In this document: positions 36,365 to 46,936 of the stretch, in pieces
Layout of the letters: each line of letters begins with the position of its first letter
How positions within the stretch are numbered: the stretch's first letter is position 1
Made by a program: the position numbers and the translations under genes
NCBI GenBank assembly: GCA_900542735.1
Contig: UQOS01000003.1
Location: 6,821-70,820, forward strand
Length of the DNA stretch: 64,000 nucleotides
Origin: an uncultured Mycoplasmatota bacterium
Lineage (GTDB): Bacteria; Bacillota_I; Bacilli_A; RF39; UBA660
Reading direction: 5' to 3'
Notes under the pieces: model-generated
What the model saw: only the letters and a program-made list of their open reading frames with translations
Told to the model about the DNA's origin: nothing
Database searches by the model: none

Positions 36365-37250
36365 AATGTTTGGAAGAAGTATTAGAGATGCCTTCAAAAG
36401 TGTATTTAGAAACTTTTCTTTATCTCTTGCTTCAATATCTTGTATTAGTATTACTTTAATTATTGTAGCAATTGCTCTATTAGCATCTTTGAATGTAGAT
36501 AATTTTGCTAAAATGATTAAAGAAGATGTAACAGTTGTAGTTTTTGTAAATCGTGAAGTAAAATCAGATAAAATCAATGTAATTCGTGCAAAATTAGATC
36601 AAATTGATAATATTTCATCAATAGAATATAAATCAAAAACAGATGTAAAAAATGAAATGCAGTTATCATCTGAAACTTTAGAGTCTGTTATGAAAGACTG
36701 GGATGATTCATCAAACCCCTTAAAAGACACTTTTCAAGTAAAAGTAAATGACATTGAACAAATTGAAGATACAGCTACTAAGATTAAACAAATAGAAGGA
36801 ATCGACTCTGTTAATTATGGAGAAACCATGATAAATAAATTCTTATCTGCCTTTAAAATACTTGAAAAAGGAACTATTCTAGCCGTTATTCTTTTAATTA
36901 TAGTAACGGTATTCCTAATTATTAACACCATTAAATTAACCATTTTCTCAAGAAAAAGAGAAATTTCTATTATGAGATTAGTAGGAGCTAGTAACTTTTC
37001 TATTAAAATGCCTTTTGTAATAGAAGGAATGGTATTAGGTGTTATAGGTTCTATTATTCCAATATTAGTAGTTATTTATGGTTACTATGCCATTTATAAA
37101 CATTTTGGAGGTCAAATTTTTTCACCATTAATTAAATTAATAACACCAGAACCATTTATCTATTTTATATCTTTAATAGTTTTAGTAATTGGTGTTGTGG
37201 TTGGTATGATTGGTAGTTATCAAGCAGTTAGGAAGTATTTAAAAGTATGA
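36351..37250 (+). CDS. ftsX: Cell division ABC transporter permease FtsX
   Basis: 4 TM with large extracellular loop between TM1 and TM2; overlaps ftsE stop; TGA stop overlapping next ATG (ATGA). Confidence 0.85.
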   Translation: MKLFRMFGRSIRDAFKSVFRNFSLSLASISCISITLIIVAIALLASLNVDNFAKMIKEDVTVVVFVNREVKSDKINVIRAKLDQIDNISSIEYKSKTDVKNEMQLSSETLESVMKDWDDSSNPLKDTFQVKVNDIEQIEDTATKIKQIEGIDSVNYGETMINKFLSAFKILEKGTILAVILLIIVTVFLIINTIKLTIFSRKREISIMRLVGASNFSIKMPFVIEGMVLGVIGSIIPILVVIYGYYAIYKHFGGQIFSPLIKLITPEPFIYFISLIVLVIGVVVGMIGSYQAVRKYLKV

Positions 37251-38479
37251 TAAAGAAAAGTTTAAAAATTTTACTAATCATAATAACGATATTAATGATG
37301 CTACCAATTAATAATAATGTATATGCTGGTACTTATGGTGAAGTATTAGATGCATTAGCCAAAGCAGAAAAGGAATTAGAACAGAATAAAGCTAGTTTAG
37401 GAAATATTTCTGGACAAATTAATCAAAATAATGCTACGATTCAAAATCTAAAGAATGAAATAGAAGCAATGAAAACAGAAAACACAAAGCTTCAACAAGA
37501 AATAGCAGATGCCAATACAGATATTGAAAAGAAAAAAGAAGAAACAAAAAATCTAGTTACTTATTATCAAATGAGCCAAGGAGAAAATGTCTACTTAGAC
37601 TATGTATTTGGTAGTGATTCTGTTACAGATATGGTATACCGTTTATCCATAGTAGAACAGATTACTGAATATAATAATAAAATGGTAAAAGAGTTAGAAG
37701 ACTTGATTACTACGAATGAAAAAAAGAAAGTAGAACTTGCTGAAAATGAAAAAAAATCAGAAGAAAAAATAGGTAATTTAAATACAGAAATAGCGAATCT
37801 AAATAAAACGAAGGCAAATTTAAATTCTCTGTCTCCAAGCTTAGAAAGTGAAGTACAGTCTCAAAAAAAATTAGTAGAATTTTATAAATCACAGGGTTGT
37901 AGTAATAGAAGTGATGTAATTGGTGTTGACTGTGCAAGAACTTCTTCAAATGCTATCTTTTATAGACCAATAAAAAATGGGTATGTTACTAGTTTTACTG
38001 GTTACCGCTGGTTATGTTTAAATGGAAAATGCCAACATAGTTTTCACAAGGGAATAGATTTAGGAAGTAAAACAGGAAGTAATACACCAATTTATTCGAT
38101 TGGTTATGGTTATGTTTCTACCATCTGGAATGATACAGCAGGAGCACTATGTGTAAATACGCAACACTTAGCTAATAATGGTAAATATTATACAGCAGTA
38201 TACTGCCATTTAAGTAGAAGAGCTAACTTATATGTTGGTATGAAAGTAACACCAGATACTTTAATTGGTTATATGGGTGCAACAGGAAATGTTACGGGTG
38301 TTCATCTTCATCTAGAAGTATATCCATGTAAACTTTGGGATTCATCAGATAAAAATTGTAGTAATTGGAGTAAATATGTAAATTATACTAAAGGATTATT
38401 TGATGCTGGAAACTATAAAGGTTCAGAAAGTGTAATTAACTTTCCAAATAGAACTTATTTAACATGGAATAGTAGATAA
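37247..38479 (+). CDS. Coiled-coil M23 peptidoglycan endopeptidase (EnvC/PcsB-like FtsEX-associated hydrolase)
   Basis: Signal peptide, ~180-aa coiled coil, C-terminal M23 domain with intact HxxxD (HKGIDL) and HxH (VHLHLEV). Confidence 0.8.
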   Translation: MIKKSLKILLIIITILMMLPINNNVYAGTYGEVLDALAKAEKELEQNKASLGNISGQINQNNATIQNLKNEIEAMKTENTKLQQEIADANTDIEKKKEETKNLVTYYQMSQGENVYLDYVFGSDSVTDMVYRLSIVEQITEYNNKMVKELEDLITTNEKKKVELAENEKKSEEKIGNLNTEIANLNKTKANLNSLSPSLESEVQSQKKLVEFYKSQGCSNRSDVIGVDCARTSSNAIFYRPIKNGYVTSFTGYRWLCLNGKCQHSFHKGIDLGSKTGSNTPIYSIGYGYVSTIWNDTAGALCVNTQHLANNGKYYTAVYCHLSRRANLYVGMKVTPDTLIGYMGATGNVTGVHLHLEVYPCKLWDSSDKNCSNWSKYVNYTKGLFDAGNYKGSESVINFPNRTYLTWNSR

Positions 38480-38532
38480 TAGTTGCATTTGCTAATAATA
38501 TGAAATATGATATCAACAGGGGGGATTTATTT

Positions 38533-39744
38533 ATGGAAGAAACATTAGCACCAATTACATTTCTAAACAAAACTTTCATCTTCTTAGAAAAGAAAGATAA
38601 TAAAATAAAATTTAAATATGAAAATCAAGAAACTTCAGAACTAAGTATTTTAGAACTTATTTATTCTGAAAAAGAAAAAATGCTTACAAAAGTAGACTTA
38701 TATATTTCTATTAACAATGAAATTGAAGAATCATTACATATTCGTAAGGAAACAAAAGATAGTTATGAACTTAGTTATTTCCCATCAAATAATCAACGTG
38801 TAAAAGTTAATAATATGAATAAATTTTATCAACTTAGTATCTATCAAAATTATAGTGAAGTTGATAATGAAATGTATCAAGAAAGTAGCATGATAGAACT
38901 TGCAAAAGCTAATCATAAGAAACATAAAATATTAACTCAAGTGCCACTAGAGGAAAATTGCTTCTGTACTGCTGATAATAAAATAGTCTATGTTTCATCA
39001 AGCTGTATGGAAAAATTAGAAATTATAAAACATGATTTATTTTCTTCCTTGAAAGAATTAGAAAAACTAATACCAACATGGAAACTAAAAGAAGCAAAAA
39101 AGAAAGTTAATAAAGAAATGATTAACAAGGTAATTGATTGCTTTCCTACTAAAAAATATATATACGACCGTGAATATGAATTGGTTGGTATTAATGAAAA
39201 TGCCATTGTTTATCGCAACATGGAAGATGATTTAATGGAAATAGAAATCTATTTAGATGATAATTTAAGTAAAGTAAAAGAACTAAGATTTATATCTTAT
39301 AATAAAAATAAATTTCTAACAGAAGGAGTTAGAAAAAAGTTTTCTATTATTAGAGCAATTCCTCAAGATGATAAAACTGTATATTCAAGCTTATGTAGTA
39401 GAAAAGAAGGTAGTATGTTAATAAATGGGGCAACTCACTCTAAATGTAATATTTCAGCAGAAGCTATTATCTCAGAGGAAAATTATGCTATTACTGATAT
39501 GAATTTAAAATTATTTGGTAAGTTTGGCGTAATTGAATTAAAGCAATCTCCAATTAATCATAGAGAATTTATAGATAAAAATGATATCTACTATCATATA
39601 TCATCTGTAACATACGGTACATACAGAATGTTGATTTTGATTGCTCCAGGTATTATCAATAAATTTAATTCATTTTTAGTAGAAGGTAAAGAAGAATCTA
39701 AAGCTATTCAATTAGTAAAAAAAGAAGATACTTCAAATATTTGA
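38533..39744 (+). CDS. Hypothetical protein
   Basis: ~400-aa ORF; ATG 38533 preceded by RBS AGGGGGGA (track start 38500 also possible); no recognisable motifs. Confidence 0.3.
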   Translation: MEETLAPITFLNKTFIFLEKKDNKIKFKYENQETSELSILELIYSEKEKMLTKVDLYISINNEIEESLHIRKETKDSYELSYFPSNNQRVKVNNMNKFYQLSIYQNYSEVDNEMYQESSMIELAKANHKKHKILTQVPLEENCFCTADNKIVYVSSSCMEKLEIIKHDLFSSLKELEKLIPTWKLKEAKKKVNKEMINKVIDCFPTKKYIYDREYELVGINENAIVYRNMEDDLMEIEIYLDDNLSKVKELRFISYNKNKFLTEGVRKKFSIIRAIPQDDKTVYSSLCSRKEGSMLINGATHSKCNISAEAIISEENYAITDMNLKLFGKFGVIELKQSPINHREFIDKNDIYYHISSVTYGTYRMLILIAPGIINKFNSFLVEGKEESKAIQLVKKEDTSNI

Positions 39745-39835
39745 AAAGTATAATAGTGATATAAACAAGAGAGTAATTACTTTCTTGTTTTCTTATAGAA
39801 TAAATGGTAAAATACATACATCTAAGGAGGCCATT

Positions 39836-41794
39836 ATGTTTAAATTAGAATCAAAATATACACCTAATGGTGATCAACCACAAGCAATTAAGGAATTAGT
39901 AGAAGGAATTAAAGAAGGAAAAAGAGACCAAGTTTTACTAGGAGCAACGGGAACTGGAAAAACTTTTACGATTGCAAATGTAATCGCGAGTGTTAATAAA
40001 CCAACTCTAGTTTTAGCTCATAATAAGACACTTGCAGGGCAACTCTATTCGGAATTAAAAGAGTTGTTTCCAGAAAATCATGTATGTTATTTTGTATCTT
40101 ACTATGATTATTACCAACCAGAAGCCTATGTACCATCAACAGATACTTATATAGAAAAAGATTCCTCTATTAATGATGAAATTGATGAACTTCGTCACTA
40201 CGCAACAAGCTCTCTTTTATCTTATGATGATGTCATTGTAGTAGCCAGTGTAAGCTGTATTTATGGTATTGGTGAAGTAGAAGAATATCGTAATAAAATG
40301 TTAAGTCTAGGAGTAGGAGATAATGTAGAAAGAAACACTATTATGACAAAACTAGTAGAAATGATGTATGAAAGAAATGATTTTGATTTTAAGCGTGGTA
40401 CATTTAGAGTAAAGGGTGATGTTCTAGAAATCATACCAGCCTATGAAAACACAAAAGGGTATAGAATTGAATTTTTTGGTGATGAAATAGATAGAATTAG
40501 TGAAATAGACTCTCTAACTGGAGTAGTTCTTCAAAATAAAAAAACATTAACTATTTTTCCAGCCAGTCACTTTGTAACTAGTGATGAAAAACTAATAGAG
40601 GCAGTGAAAAGAATTAAGTTAGAATTAGCTGATAGGATTCAATATTTTAAAGATAATAATAAACTACTAGCAGCAGAAAGAATAGAACAACGTACAAACT
40701 ATGATATAGAAATGTTAACTGAAACAGGATTCTGTCGTGGTATTGAAAACTATTCTCGTCATATGGCTTTACGTGGTGAAGGAGAAACTCCAACTACTTT
40801 AATGGATTTCTTTACAAAAGATTTTTTATTAGTAATAGATGAATCCCATGTAACACTTCCTCAGGTAAGGGGAATGTATAATGGTGATAGAGCTAGAAAA
40901 ATGAATTTAGTAGAGTATGGCTTTAGACTACCAAGTGCACTAGATAACAGACCATTAAAATTTGAGGAATTTGAGAAAAAAATCAATCAAGTTATTTATG
41001 TATCAGCAACCCCAGGAGATTACGAATTAGAAAAGACTAGTAATCAGTTTATTGAACAAATTATTCGTCCAACTGGACTTCTTGATCCAACAATTGAAGT
41101 AAGACCAAGTAAAGGTCAAATTGATGATTTAATTGGTGAAATTAAAGATAGAATTGCGAAAAACGAACGTACTTTAATAACTACTCTAACAATTAGAATG
41201 GCAGAAGAATTAACGAATTATCTAAAAGATATTGATATTAAAGTGGCATACTTACATAGTGAAGTAAAAACACTAGAAAGAATGCGTATCATTAGAGATT
41301 TAAGATTAGGTAAATATGACTGTATTGTGGGAATTAATTTACTTCGTGAAGGAATAGATATACCAGAAGTTAGTTTAATAGCAATTATGGACGCTGATAA
41401 AGAAGGATTCTTGCGTAGTGAAAGAAGTTTAATTCAAACAATCGGTAGATGTGCTAGAAATGCTAGTGGTCATTGTATCATGTATGCTGATAAAATAACG
41501 GATAGTATGGATAAAGCCATCAAAGAAACAATGCGTCGTCGTACAATCCAAGAAGAATATAATAAAGAACATGGTATTATTCCACAAACAATTAAAAAAG
41601 AAATTAGAGATTTAATTAGTAATGTTGATGATAACAAAGAAAAACAATCATCTCCTAAGAAGAAAGATAAAAAAGAATTATTAAAGATGATAGATGAAAT
41701 AGAAGAATCTATGAGAGAAGCAGCAAAGGAATTAGATTTCGAACGTGCTATGCAGTTAAGAGATGCATTATTTGAATTAAAGAGTGAATTATAA
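39836..41794 (+). CDS. uvrB: Excinuclease ABC subunit B
   Basis: ATG 39836 after AAGGAGG; helicase motifs ([22 protein letters not shown]) and C-terminal UVR domain ([12 protein letters not shown]). Confidence 0.95.
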   Translation: MFKLESKYTPNGDQPQAIKELVEGIKEGKRDQVLLGATGTGKTFTIANVIASVNKPTLVLAHNKTLAGQLYSELKELFPENHVCYFVSYYDYYQPEAYVPSTDTYIEKDSSINDEIDELRHYATSSLLSYDDVIVVASVSCIYGIGEVEEYRNKMLSLGVGDNVERNTIMTKLVEMMYERNDFDFKRGTFRVKGDVLEIIPAYENTKGYRIEFFGDEIDRISEIDSLTGVVLQNKKTLTIFPASHFVTSDEKLIEAVKRIKLELADRIQYFKDNNKLLAAERIEQRTNYDIEMLTETGFCRGIENYSRHMALRGEGETPTTLMDFFTKDFLLVIDESHVTLPQVRGMYNGDRARKMNLVEYGFRLPSALDNRPLKFEEFEKKINQVIYVSATPGDYELEKTSNQFIEQIIRPTGLLDPTIEVRPSKGQIDDLIGEIKDRIAKNERTLITTLTIRMAEELTNYLKDIDIKVAYLHSEVKTLERMRIIRDLRLGKYDCIVGINLLREGIDIPEVSLIAIMDADKEGFLRSERSLIQTIGRCARNASGHCIMYADKITDSMDKAIKETMRRRTIQEEYNKEHGIIPQTIKKEIRDLISNVDDNKEKQSSPKKKDKKELLKMIDEIEESMREAAKELDFERAMQLRDALFELKSEL

Positions 41795-42633
41795 TGAAAA
41801 AGTTTAAGAAAATATATATAGAAATCACGAATATCTGTAATCTGAATTGCTCTTTTTGCAGTAAAGATAATCGTATAAAAGAAAGTATTTCGCTAACGAA
41901 TATGGAAGAACTATTAAAGAAAATTAATGATTATACCGATTATGTTTATCTACATGTAAAAGGTGAACCATTACTACATCCAAAGTTAAAAGGAATCTTA
42001 GATTTATGTGAAAAATATCATAAGAAAGTAAATATTACGACAAATGCTACTCTGATAAAGGAAAAAGAAGAAATATTAACTCACACTGCTATTCGTCAAA
42101 TTAATTTATCTGTACATAGTGAAAATAAAAAAGCTAATTATCTAGAAGAAATATTTGAAGTAGTGGATAAATTAAAAGATAAAAACATTGTTTACCGTTT
42201 TTGGACTATGGAAGATAATAATTTATCAAAAGAATCAACAGAATTAGTGGAAAAAATAGTAAGTCATTATCAGTTATCCCCAGAAATTGTGGAAAACCTA
42301 AAAAAAGAAAATAATATCAAAATAAATAGTCACACTTATGTGAATAAAGCAAATGAATTCATCTGGCCTGATATCAATAACGATTATAATAAAGAATTTG
42401 GTTACTGTTATGCCTTAAAGGATCAATTAGCTATTTTAGTAGACGGAACTATCGTACCATGTTGCTTGGATAGTGATGGAGTAATCAATTTAGGAAACAT
42501 TTATCAGAATGATTTATTACAAGTTATAAATAGTAGCCGCTATCAAAAAATGAGAATGGGGTTCTGTAATCGTAAGGTAACAGAAGAATTATGTAAACAC
42601 TGTAGTTATAAAGAAAGATTTGACATAAAATAA
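41794..42633 (+). CDS. Radical SAM enzyme with C-terminal SPASM/twitch-like Cys-rich domain, function unknown
   Basis: 279 aa; CNLNCSFC (Cx3Cx2C) at aa 15-22; C-terminal GYCYA...DGTIVPCC...C-x8-C-x2-C cluster; start overlaps uvrB stop (TAATG). Confidence 0.75.
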   Translation: MKKFKKIYIEITNICNLNCSFCSKDNRIKESISLTNMEELLKKINDYTDYVYLHVKGEPLLHPKLKGILDLCEKYHKKVNITTNATLIKEKEEILTHTAIRQINLSVHSENKKANYLEEIFEVVDKLKDKNIVYRFWTMEDNNLSKESTELVEKIVSHYQLSPEIVENLKKENNIKINSHTYVNKANEFIWPDINNDYNKEFGYCYALKDQLAILVDGTIVPCCLDSDGVINLGNIYQNDLLQVINSSRYQKMRMGFCNRKVTEELCKHCSYKERFDIK

Positions 42634-42668
42634 TGGTCAAGATACTATAAATTTATAGAGGTGGAAAA

Positions 42669-43148
42669 ATGAAAGTAATTAGAAATAGTGTATGTTATGT
42701 AGAAAAAAATGATATTTTATTCCTAGGAATGTTACCAGAAGAAATAGTAGAAGCACCTTTTATTGTAGAATCAAAGTGGGTAAAGTTTGAAAATCAAAAA
42801 GCAGTTAACTTTTTTAGAGAAACAGAAGTTATTATAGATTATGATGAACTTAGTAACAAAAAAGAAGAAGAGTTACTAGAAACCGAGAATAAAGTTGAAA
42901 AAGAATTAAATGATATTTGCACCAAATGGTTATATGCTTCTAGTTATTACCGTAGAAATTTAGATAAAGACCCAGAATATAATGAAAAAATAAAAGAATT
43001 AAAATATTTATTAGCAACTATCAAGAATTATCTTAGTGAAAAAACTAACTATGATAATGAAATTAGACAATTATCATTTGATACTACAGTTACTTCTACC
43101 AAAAAGAGTCAACCAAAAGAAAAAAATTTAATAAATAATAAGGCATAA
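42669..43148 (+). CDS. Hypothetical protein
   Basis: 159-aa ORF after the radical-SAM gene; RBS AGAGGTGGAAAA. Confidence 0.3.
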   Translation: MKVIRNSVCYVEKNDILFLGMLPEEIVEAPFIVESKWVKFENQKAVNFFRETEVIIDYDELSNKKEEELLETENKVEKELNDICTKWLYASSYYRRNLDKDPEYNEKIKELKYLLATIKNYLSEKTNYDNEIRQLSFDTTVTSTKKSQPKEKNLINNKA

Positions 43149-43186
43149 TTACCATTATTTTGGAAAAAATACCAATAAAAATTTAA

Positions 43187-43215
43187 TTGACACTTAGGTA
43201 TTTATATAGTAAAAT
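43187..43215 (+). promoter_or_regulatory. SigA-type promoter (TTGACA-17-TAAAAT) for the 43254 ORF, followed by an RBS-occluding hairpin TTCTCCTA-n8-TAGGAGAA (43220-43243)
   Basis: Consensus -35 at 43187-43192, 17-bp spacer, -10 at 43210-43215. The 8-bp perfect inverted repeat's right arm contains the AGGAGAA RBS. Confidence 0.45.
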
Positions 43216-43253
43216 AATTCTCCTAGTTTAAATTAGGAGAAAAGGTGATTTTT

Positions 43254-43553
43254 ATGGGAATTTACAACAAAGTATATATTGGTCATGTAGAAACCATTAA
43301 TCCAGATGTAATAGAAAATGTATCCCCTGTGGAATCTAAAGTAGTTGCCTTAAAATTAGCTAGCATAGATAAAGTAACTAGTATTCCAACTTATAAACCA
43401 TTAAGACCATATAGTGAATATTATAAGTTAGTAAGTGTAGATAGTAAGCCATTAGAAGGACCTCTTGGAAATATTGTTGATGATAAAATTATTAATATAG
43501 CACTTAAAAAGACAGGCAAAAAAGAAGTAAAACAATTAAAAAAGGTAAGTTAA
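43254..43553 (+). CDS. Hypothetical protein
   Basis: 99 aa from ATG 43254 (RBS AGGAGAAAAGGTGA); Cys-free; followed by hairpin terminator AGATTCAT-n6-ATGAATCTTTTT (43565-43590). Confidence 0.3.
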   Translation: MGIYNKVYIGHVETINPDVIENVSPVESKVVALKLASIDKVTSIPTYKPLRPYSEYYKLVSVDSKPLEGPLGNIVDDKIINIALKKTGKKEVKQLKKVS

Positions 43554-43690
43554 ACAAGATTCATATCAAAATGAATCTTTTTAAATATGAAAAAAAGTAT
43601 TGTCAAACAAATGTTTTATCATTATAATAGAAATGTGTTTTCATAAAAAAGAAAATTTGTGGTATAATAACATGCAGAAAAGGTGATAGT

Positions 43691-46498
43691 ATGGATAAAA
43701 TTATTATAAAAGGTGCTAGAGAAAATAATTTAAAAAATGTGGATTTAGAGTTACCAAAAAATAAATTAATAGTAATGACTGGAGTATCAGGAAGTGGAAA
43801 ATCATCTCTTGCTTTTGATACTATTTATGCCGAAGGTCAAAGAAGATATGTAGAAAGTTTATCGGCTTATGCAAGGCAGTTTTTAGGAGGAACAGAAAAA
43901 CCAGACGTAGATTCTATTGAAGGATTATCTCCTTCTATTAGTATTGACCAAAAAACAACTTCTAAAAACCCTCGTTCAACAGTAGGAACAGTAACGGAAA
44001 TTTATGATTACTTAAGACTTTTATTTGCAAGAATTGGAATCCCTTATTGCCCAGAACATCATATTCCAATATCAAGTCAAACTGTTGATGAAATTGTAGA
44101 TAAAGTATTAGAAAATGAAATAGGTACCAAGTTAATTATTATGGCGCCAGTTGCTCATGGTGAAAAAGGTACTCATAAAGATTTATTAGAAGACCTAAGA
44201 AAAGAAGGTTATGTAAGAGTAAGAGTAAATGGAGAAATGCTTGATTTAAGTGAAGAAATTAATCTAGAAAAAAATAAAAAAGATAACATTGATGTAATTA
44301 TCGATAGAATTGTTTTAAAAGATGGCATTCGTAGTCGTTTATCAGAATCTATTGAACAAGCTATCAAACTATCAAAGGGAAAAGTAGTAATTGATTATGT
44401 TGGTAATAAGGAAGTAATCTATTCTGAAAACTTTGCTTGTCCATACTGTGATTTCTCACTTCCAGAATTAGAACCAAGAATGTTCTCATTTAATGCACCA
44501 TTTTGTAGTTGCCCTGACTGTAAAGGCCTTGGTGTGAAACTAAAAATGGATCCTGATTTAGTAGTACCAGACGCTACTAAAAGTCTAAATAATGGAGCTA
44601 TTAAAACTTTAACAGATGATCCTGAAGCACTTGATTTTAAACGATTAGAATGTTTATGTAAGCATTATAAAATAGATATGAATAAATCATGGAATAAACT
44701 ATCTAAAAAAGAACAGAATTACATTTTATATGGTAGTGATGAAATAATCCATTTTCAGTATCATTCTAAAAGTGGTAACCTTTATAATCAAAAAGATTTC
44801 TATGAAGGAATTATCAATAATCTAGAAAGAAGATACATGGAAACAAGTAGTACCTGGATTCGTGATTGGTTAGAAAATTATATGTTAGAAACCATATGTG
44901 AAACATGTCATGGAGCAAGACTTCAAGATAATGTCTTATCAGTTTTAGTAGGTGGAAAAAACATTTACGAAGTTACTTGTATGAGTATTAAACAATTAAT
45001 CCCTTTCTTTGAAAATCTAAAATTAACGAAATCTCAAAAAGAAATATCAGGATTATTAGTAAAAGAAATTTTATCTCGATTAACATTCTTAAAAAATGTA
45101 GGACTTGAATATTTAACGCTAAGTCGTTCTGCTGGCACATTATCAGGTGGAGAAGCCCAAAGAATAAGACTTGCTACACAAATAGGTTCTAAACTAACAG
45201 GAGTTCTTTATGTACTAGACGAGCCAAGTATAGGATTACACCAAAAAGATAACGAAAAATTAATTAAATCATTATTAGAAATGAGAGATTTAGGAAATAC
45301 CCTAATCGTAGTAGAACATGATACTGATACAATGTTAGCCAGTGACTTTTTAGTAGATGTAGGACCTGGTGCTGGAGATCATGGTGGAGAAATCATTGCT
45401 GCTGGTACTCCAGAAGAAGTAATGAAAAACAAAAATAGTATTACTGGTCGTTATTTAAGTGGTAAAGAAAAAATAGAAGTACCTACTACTAGAAGAAAAG
45501 GTACTAAAAAGTTTATTGAAATTAAAGGTGCAAGTGAAAATAATCTAAAAAATATTAATGTTAAATTTCCACTAGGAACCTTTACTTGTGTTACAGGTGT
45601 ATCTGGAAGTGGAAAAAGTACCTTAGTAAATCAGATTTTATGTAATGCTGCTTATCAAAAAATATATAATTCCAAGGTGAAACCAGGTAAACATAAAAAA
45701 ATAACCGGTTTAGAAGAAATTGATAAGGTAGTTGAAATTAGTCAAAACCCAATCGGTAGAACGCCAAGAAGTAATCCAGCTACCTATACAGGAGTATTTG
45801 ATGAAATCAGAGATTTATTCACAACTACGAAAGAAGCTAAAATGTATGGCTTTGGAAAAGACCGTTTTTCTTTCAATGTAAAAGGTGGTCGTTGTGAAGC
45901 TTGCCGTGGTGACGGTGTTAAAAAAATAGAAATGCATTTCTTACCAGATGTATATATTCCATGTGAAGTATGTCATGGTACAAGGTATAATAGTGAAACC
46001 TTAAGAATAAAATATAAAGACAAAAATATTGCTGAAGTATTAGATATGCGTGTAAGTGAAGCACTTGAATTCTTTGAAAATGTTCCTAAAATCAAATCTA
46101 AACTTCAAGTGTTAGAAGATGTAGGAATTGGTTACATTAAATTAGGACAAAGTGCTACAACTTTATCAGGTGGGGAAGCAGGACGTGTAAAACTAGCTAA
46201 AGAATTACAGAAAAAGCCAACTGGTAAAACACTTTACATTATGGACGAACCTACAACAGGTCTTCATAGTGCTGATATTAAGAGATTACTTGCAATTATT
46301 CAAAAAATAGTAGATAATAAAGATACTGTAATAGTAATTGAACACAACCTAGACGTCGTAAAATGTGCTGATTATATAATTGATTTAGGACCAACTGGTG
46401 GAGATGGTGGTGGAGAAGTAATCGCTACTGGAACACCAGAAGAAATTGCGAAGGTAAAAGAGTCAGCTACAGGAGAGTTCTTAAAGAAAATGTTATAA
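43691..46498 (+). CDS. uvrA: Excinuclease ABC subunit A
   Basis: 935 aa; two ABC modules (GVSGSGKSSLA; LSGGEAQRIRLA; GVSGSGKSTLV; LSGGEAGRVKLA) and zinc fingers (CPYCD..CPDC; CEACRGDG..CEVCHG). Own promoter TTGTCA-17-TATAAT at 43608-43636. Confidence 0.97.
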   Translation: MDKIIIKGARENNLKNVDLELPKNKLIVMTGVSGSGKSSLAFDTIYAEGQRRYVESLSAYARQFLGGTEKPDVDSIEGLSPSISIDQKTTSKNPRSTVGTVTEIYDYLRLLFARIGIPYCPEHHIPISSQTVDEIVDKVLENEIGTKLIIMAPVAHGEKGTHKDLLEDLRKEGYVRVRVNGEMLDLSEEINLEKNKKDNIDVIIDRIVLKDGIRSRLSESIEQAIKLSKGKVVIDYVGNKEVIYSENFACPYCDFSLPELEPRMFSFNAPFCSCPDCKGLGVKLKMDPDLVVPDATKSLNNGAIKTLTDDPEALDFKRLECLCKHYKIDMNKSWNKLSKKEQNYILYGSDEIIHFQYHSKSGNLYNQKDFYEGIINNLERRYMETSSTWIRDWLENYMLETICETCHGARLQDNVLSVLVGGKNIYEVTCMSIKQLIPFFENLKLTKSQKEISGLLVKEILSRLTFLKNVGLEYLTLSRSAGTLSGGEAQRIRLATQIGSKLTGVLYVLDEPSIGLHQKDNEKLIKSLLEMRDLGNTLIVVEHDTDTMLASDFLVDVGPGAGDHGGEIIAAGTPEEVMKNKNSITGRYLSGKEKIEVPTTRRKGTKKFIEIKGASENNLKNINVKFPLGTFTCVTGVSGSGKSTLVNQILCNAAYQKIYNSKVKPGKHKKITGLEEIDKVVEISQNPIGRTPRSNPATYTGVFDEIRDLFTTTKEAKMYGFGKDRFSFNVKGGRCEACRGDGVKKIEMHFLPDVYIPCEVCHGTRYNSETLRIKYKDKNIAEVLDMRVSEALEFFENVPKIKSKLQVLEDVGIGYIKLGQSATTLSGGEAGRVKLAKELQKKPTGKTLYIMDEPTTGLHSADIKRLLAIIQKIVDNKDTVIVIEHNLDVVKCADYIIDLGPTGGDGGGEVIATGTPEEIAKVKESATGEFLKKML

Positions 46499-46519
46499 AA
46501 TAAAAAATAAGGTGATTAG

Positions 46520-46936
46520 ATGCAAAAAGAATTAAGGGTTCATATTGAAAATATTATTGATTGGTTATTACATTTTATAAGCTATGCCATTATTTTGGTA
46601 TTTGTAGCAACATACTTTGATAGCTTTAAAATAGATGATACTCATTTATATCTATATGGCCTTTTAGCTACCCTAATTATTTTTATACTAAATAAGACCA
46701 TTAAGCCAATTATTTTTAGATTAACATTACCAATAACTGGTTTAACACTTGGCTTATTTTATCCATTTATTAATGTAGTTATTTTAAAATTAACAGAGTG
46801 GATACTGGGATCTCACTTTGAAATTCATGGAATATGGACAGTCTTTTTTATCGCAATCTTAATTTCTATTATGAATATTTTAATTGAAAACATTATCATT
46901 ACACCAATTATGAGGAGGATAAAGAAAAATGGATAG
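46520..46936 (+). CDS. YvlD/DUF360 (phage holin family 4-like) membrane protein
   Basis: 138 aa, 3-4 TM; same position (between uvrA and lgt) as the yvl genes in Bacillus. Confidence 0.5.
   Translation: MQKELRVHIENIIDWLLHFISYAIILVFVATYFDSFKIDDTHLYLYGLLATLIIFILNKTIKPIIFRLTLPITGLTLGLFYPFINVVILKLTEWILGSHFEIHGIWTVFFIAILISIMNILIENIIITPIMRRIKKNG

Noticed and set aside
43640-43660. GAAATGTGTTTTC upstream of uvrA resembles a LexA/Cheo box (GAAC-n4-GTTC)
   Set aside because: Both half-sites deviate (GAAA / TTTC) and no comparable box precedes uvrB, so it is too weak to annotate without the LexA motif of this lineage.
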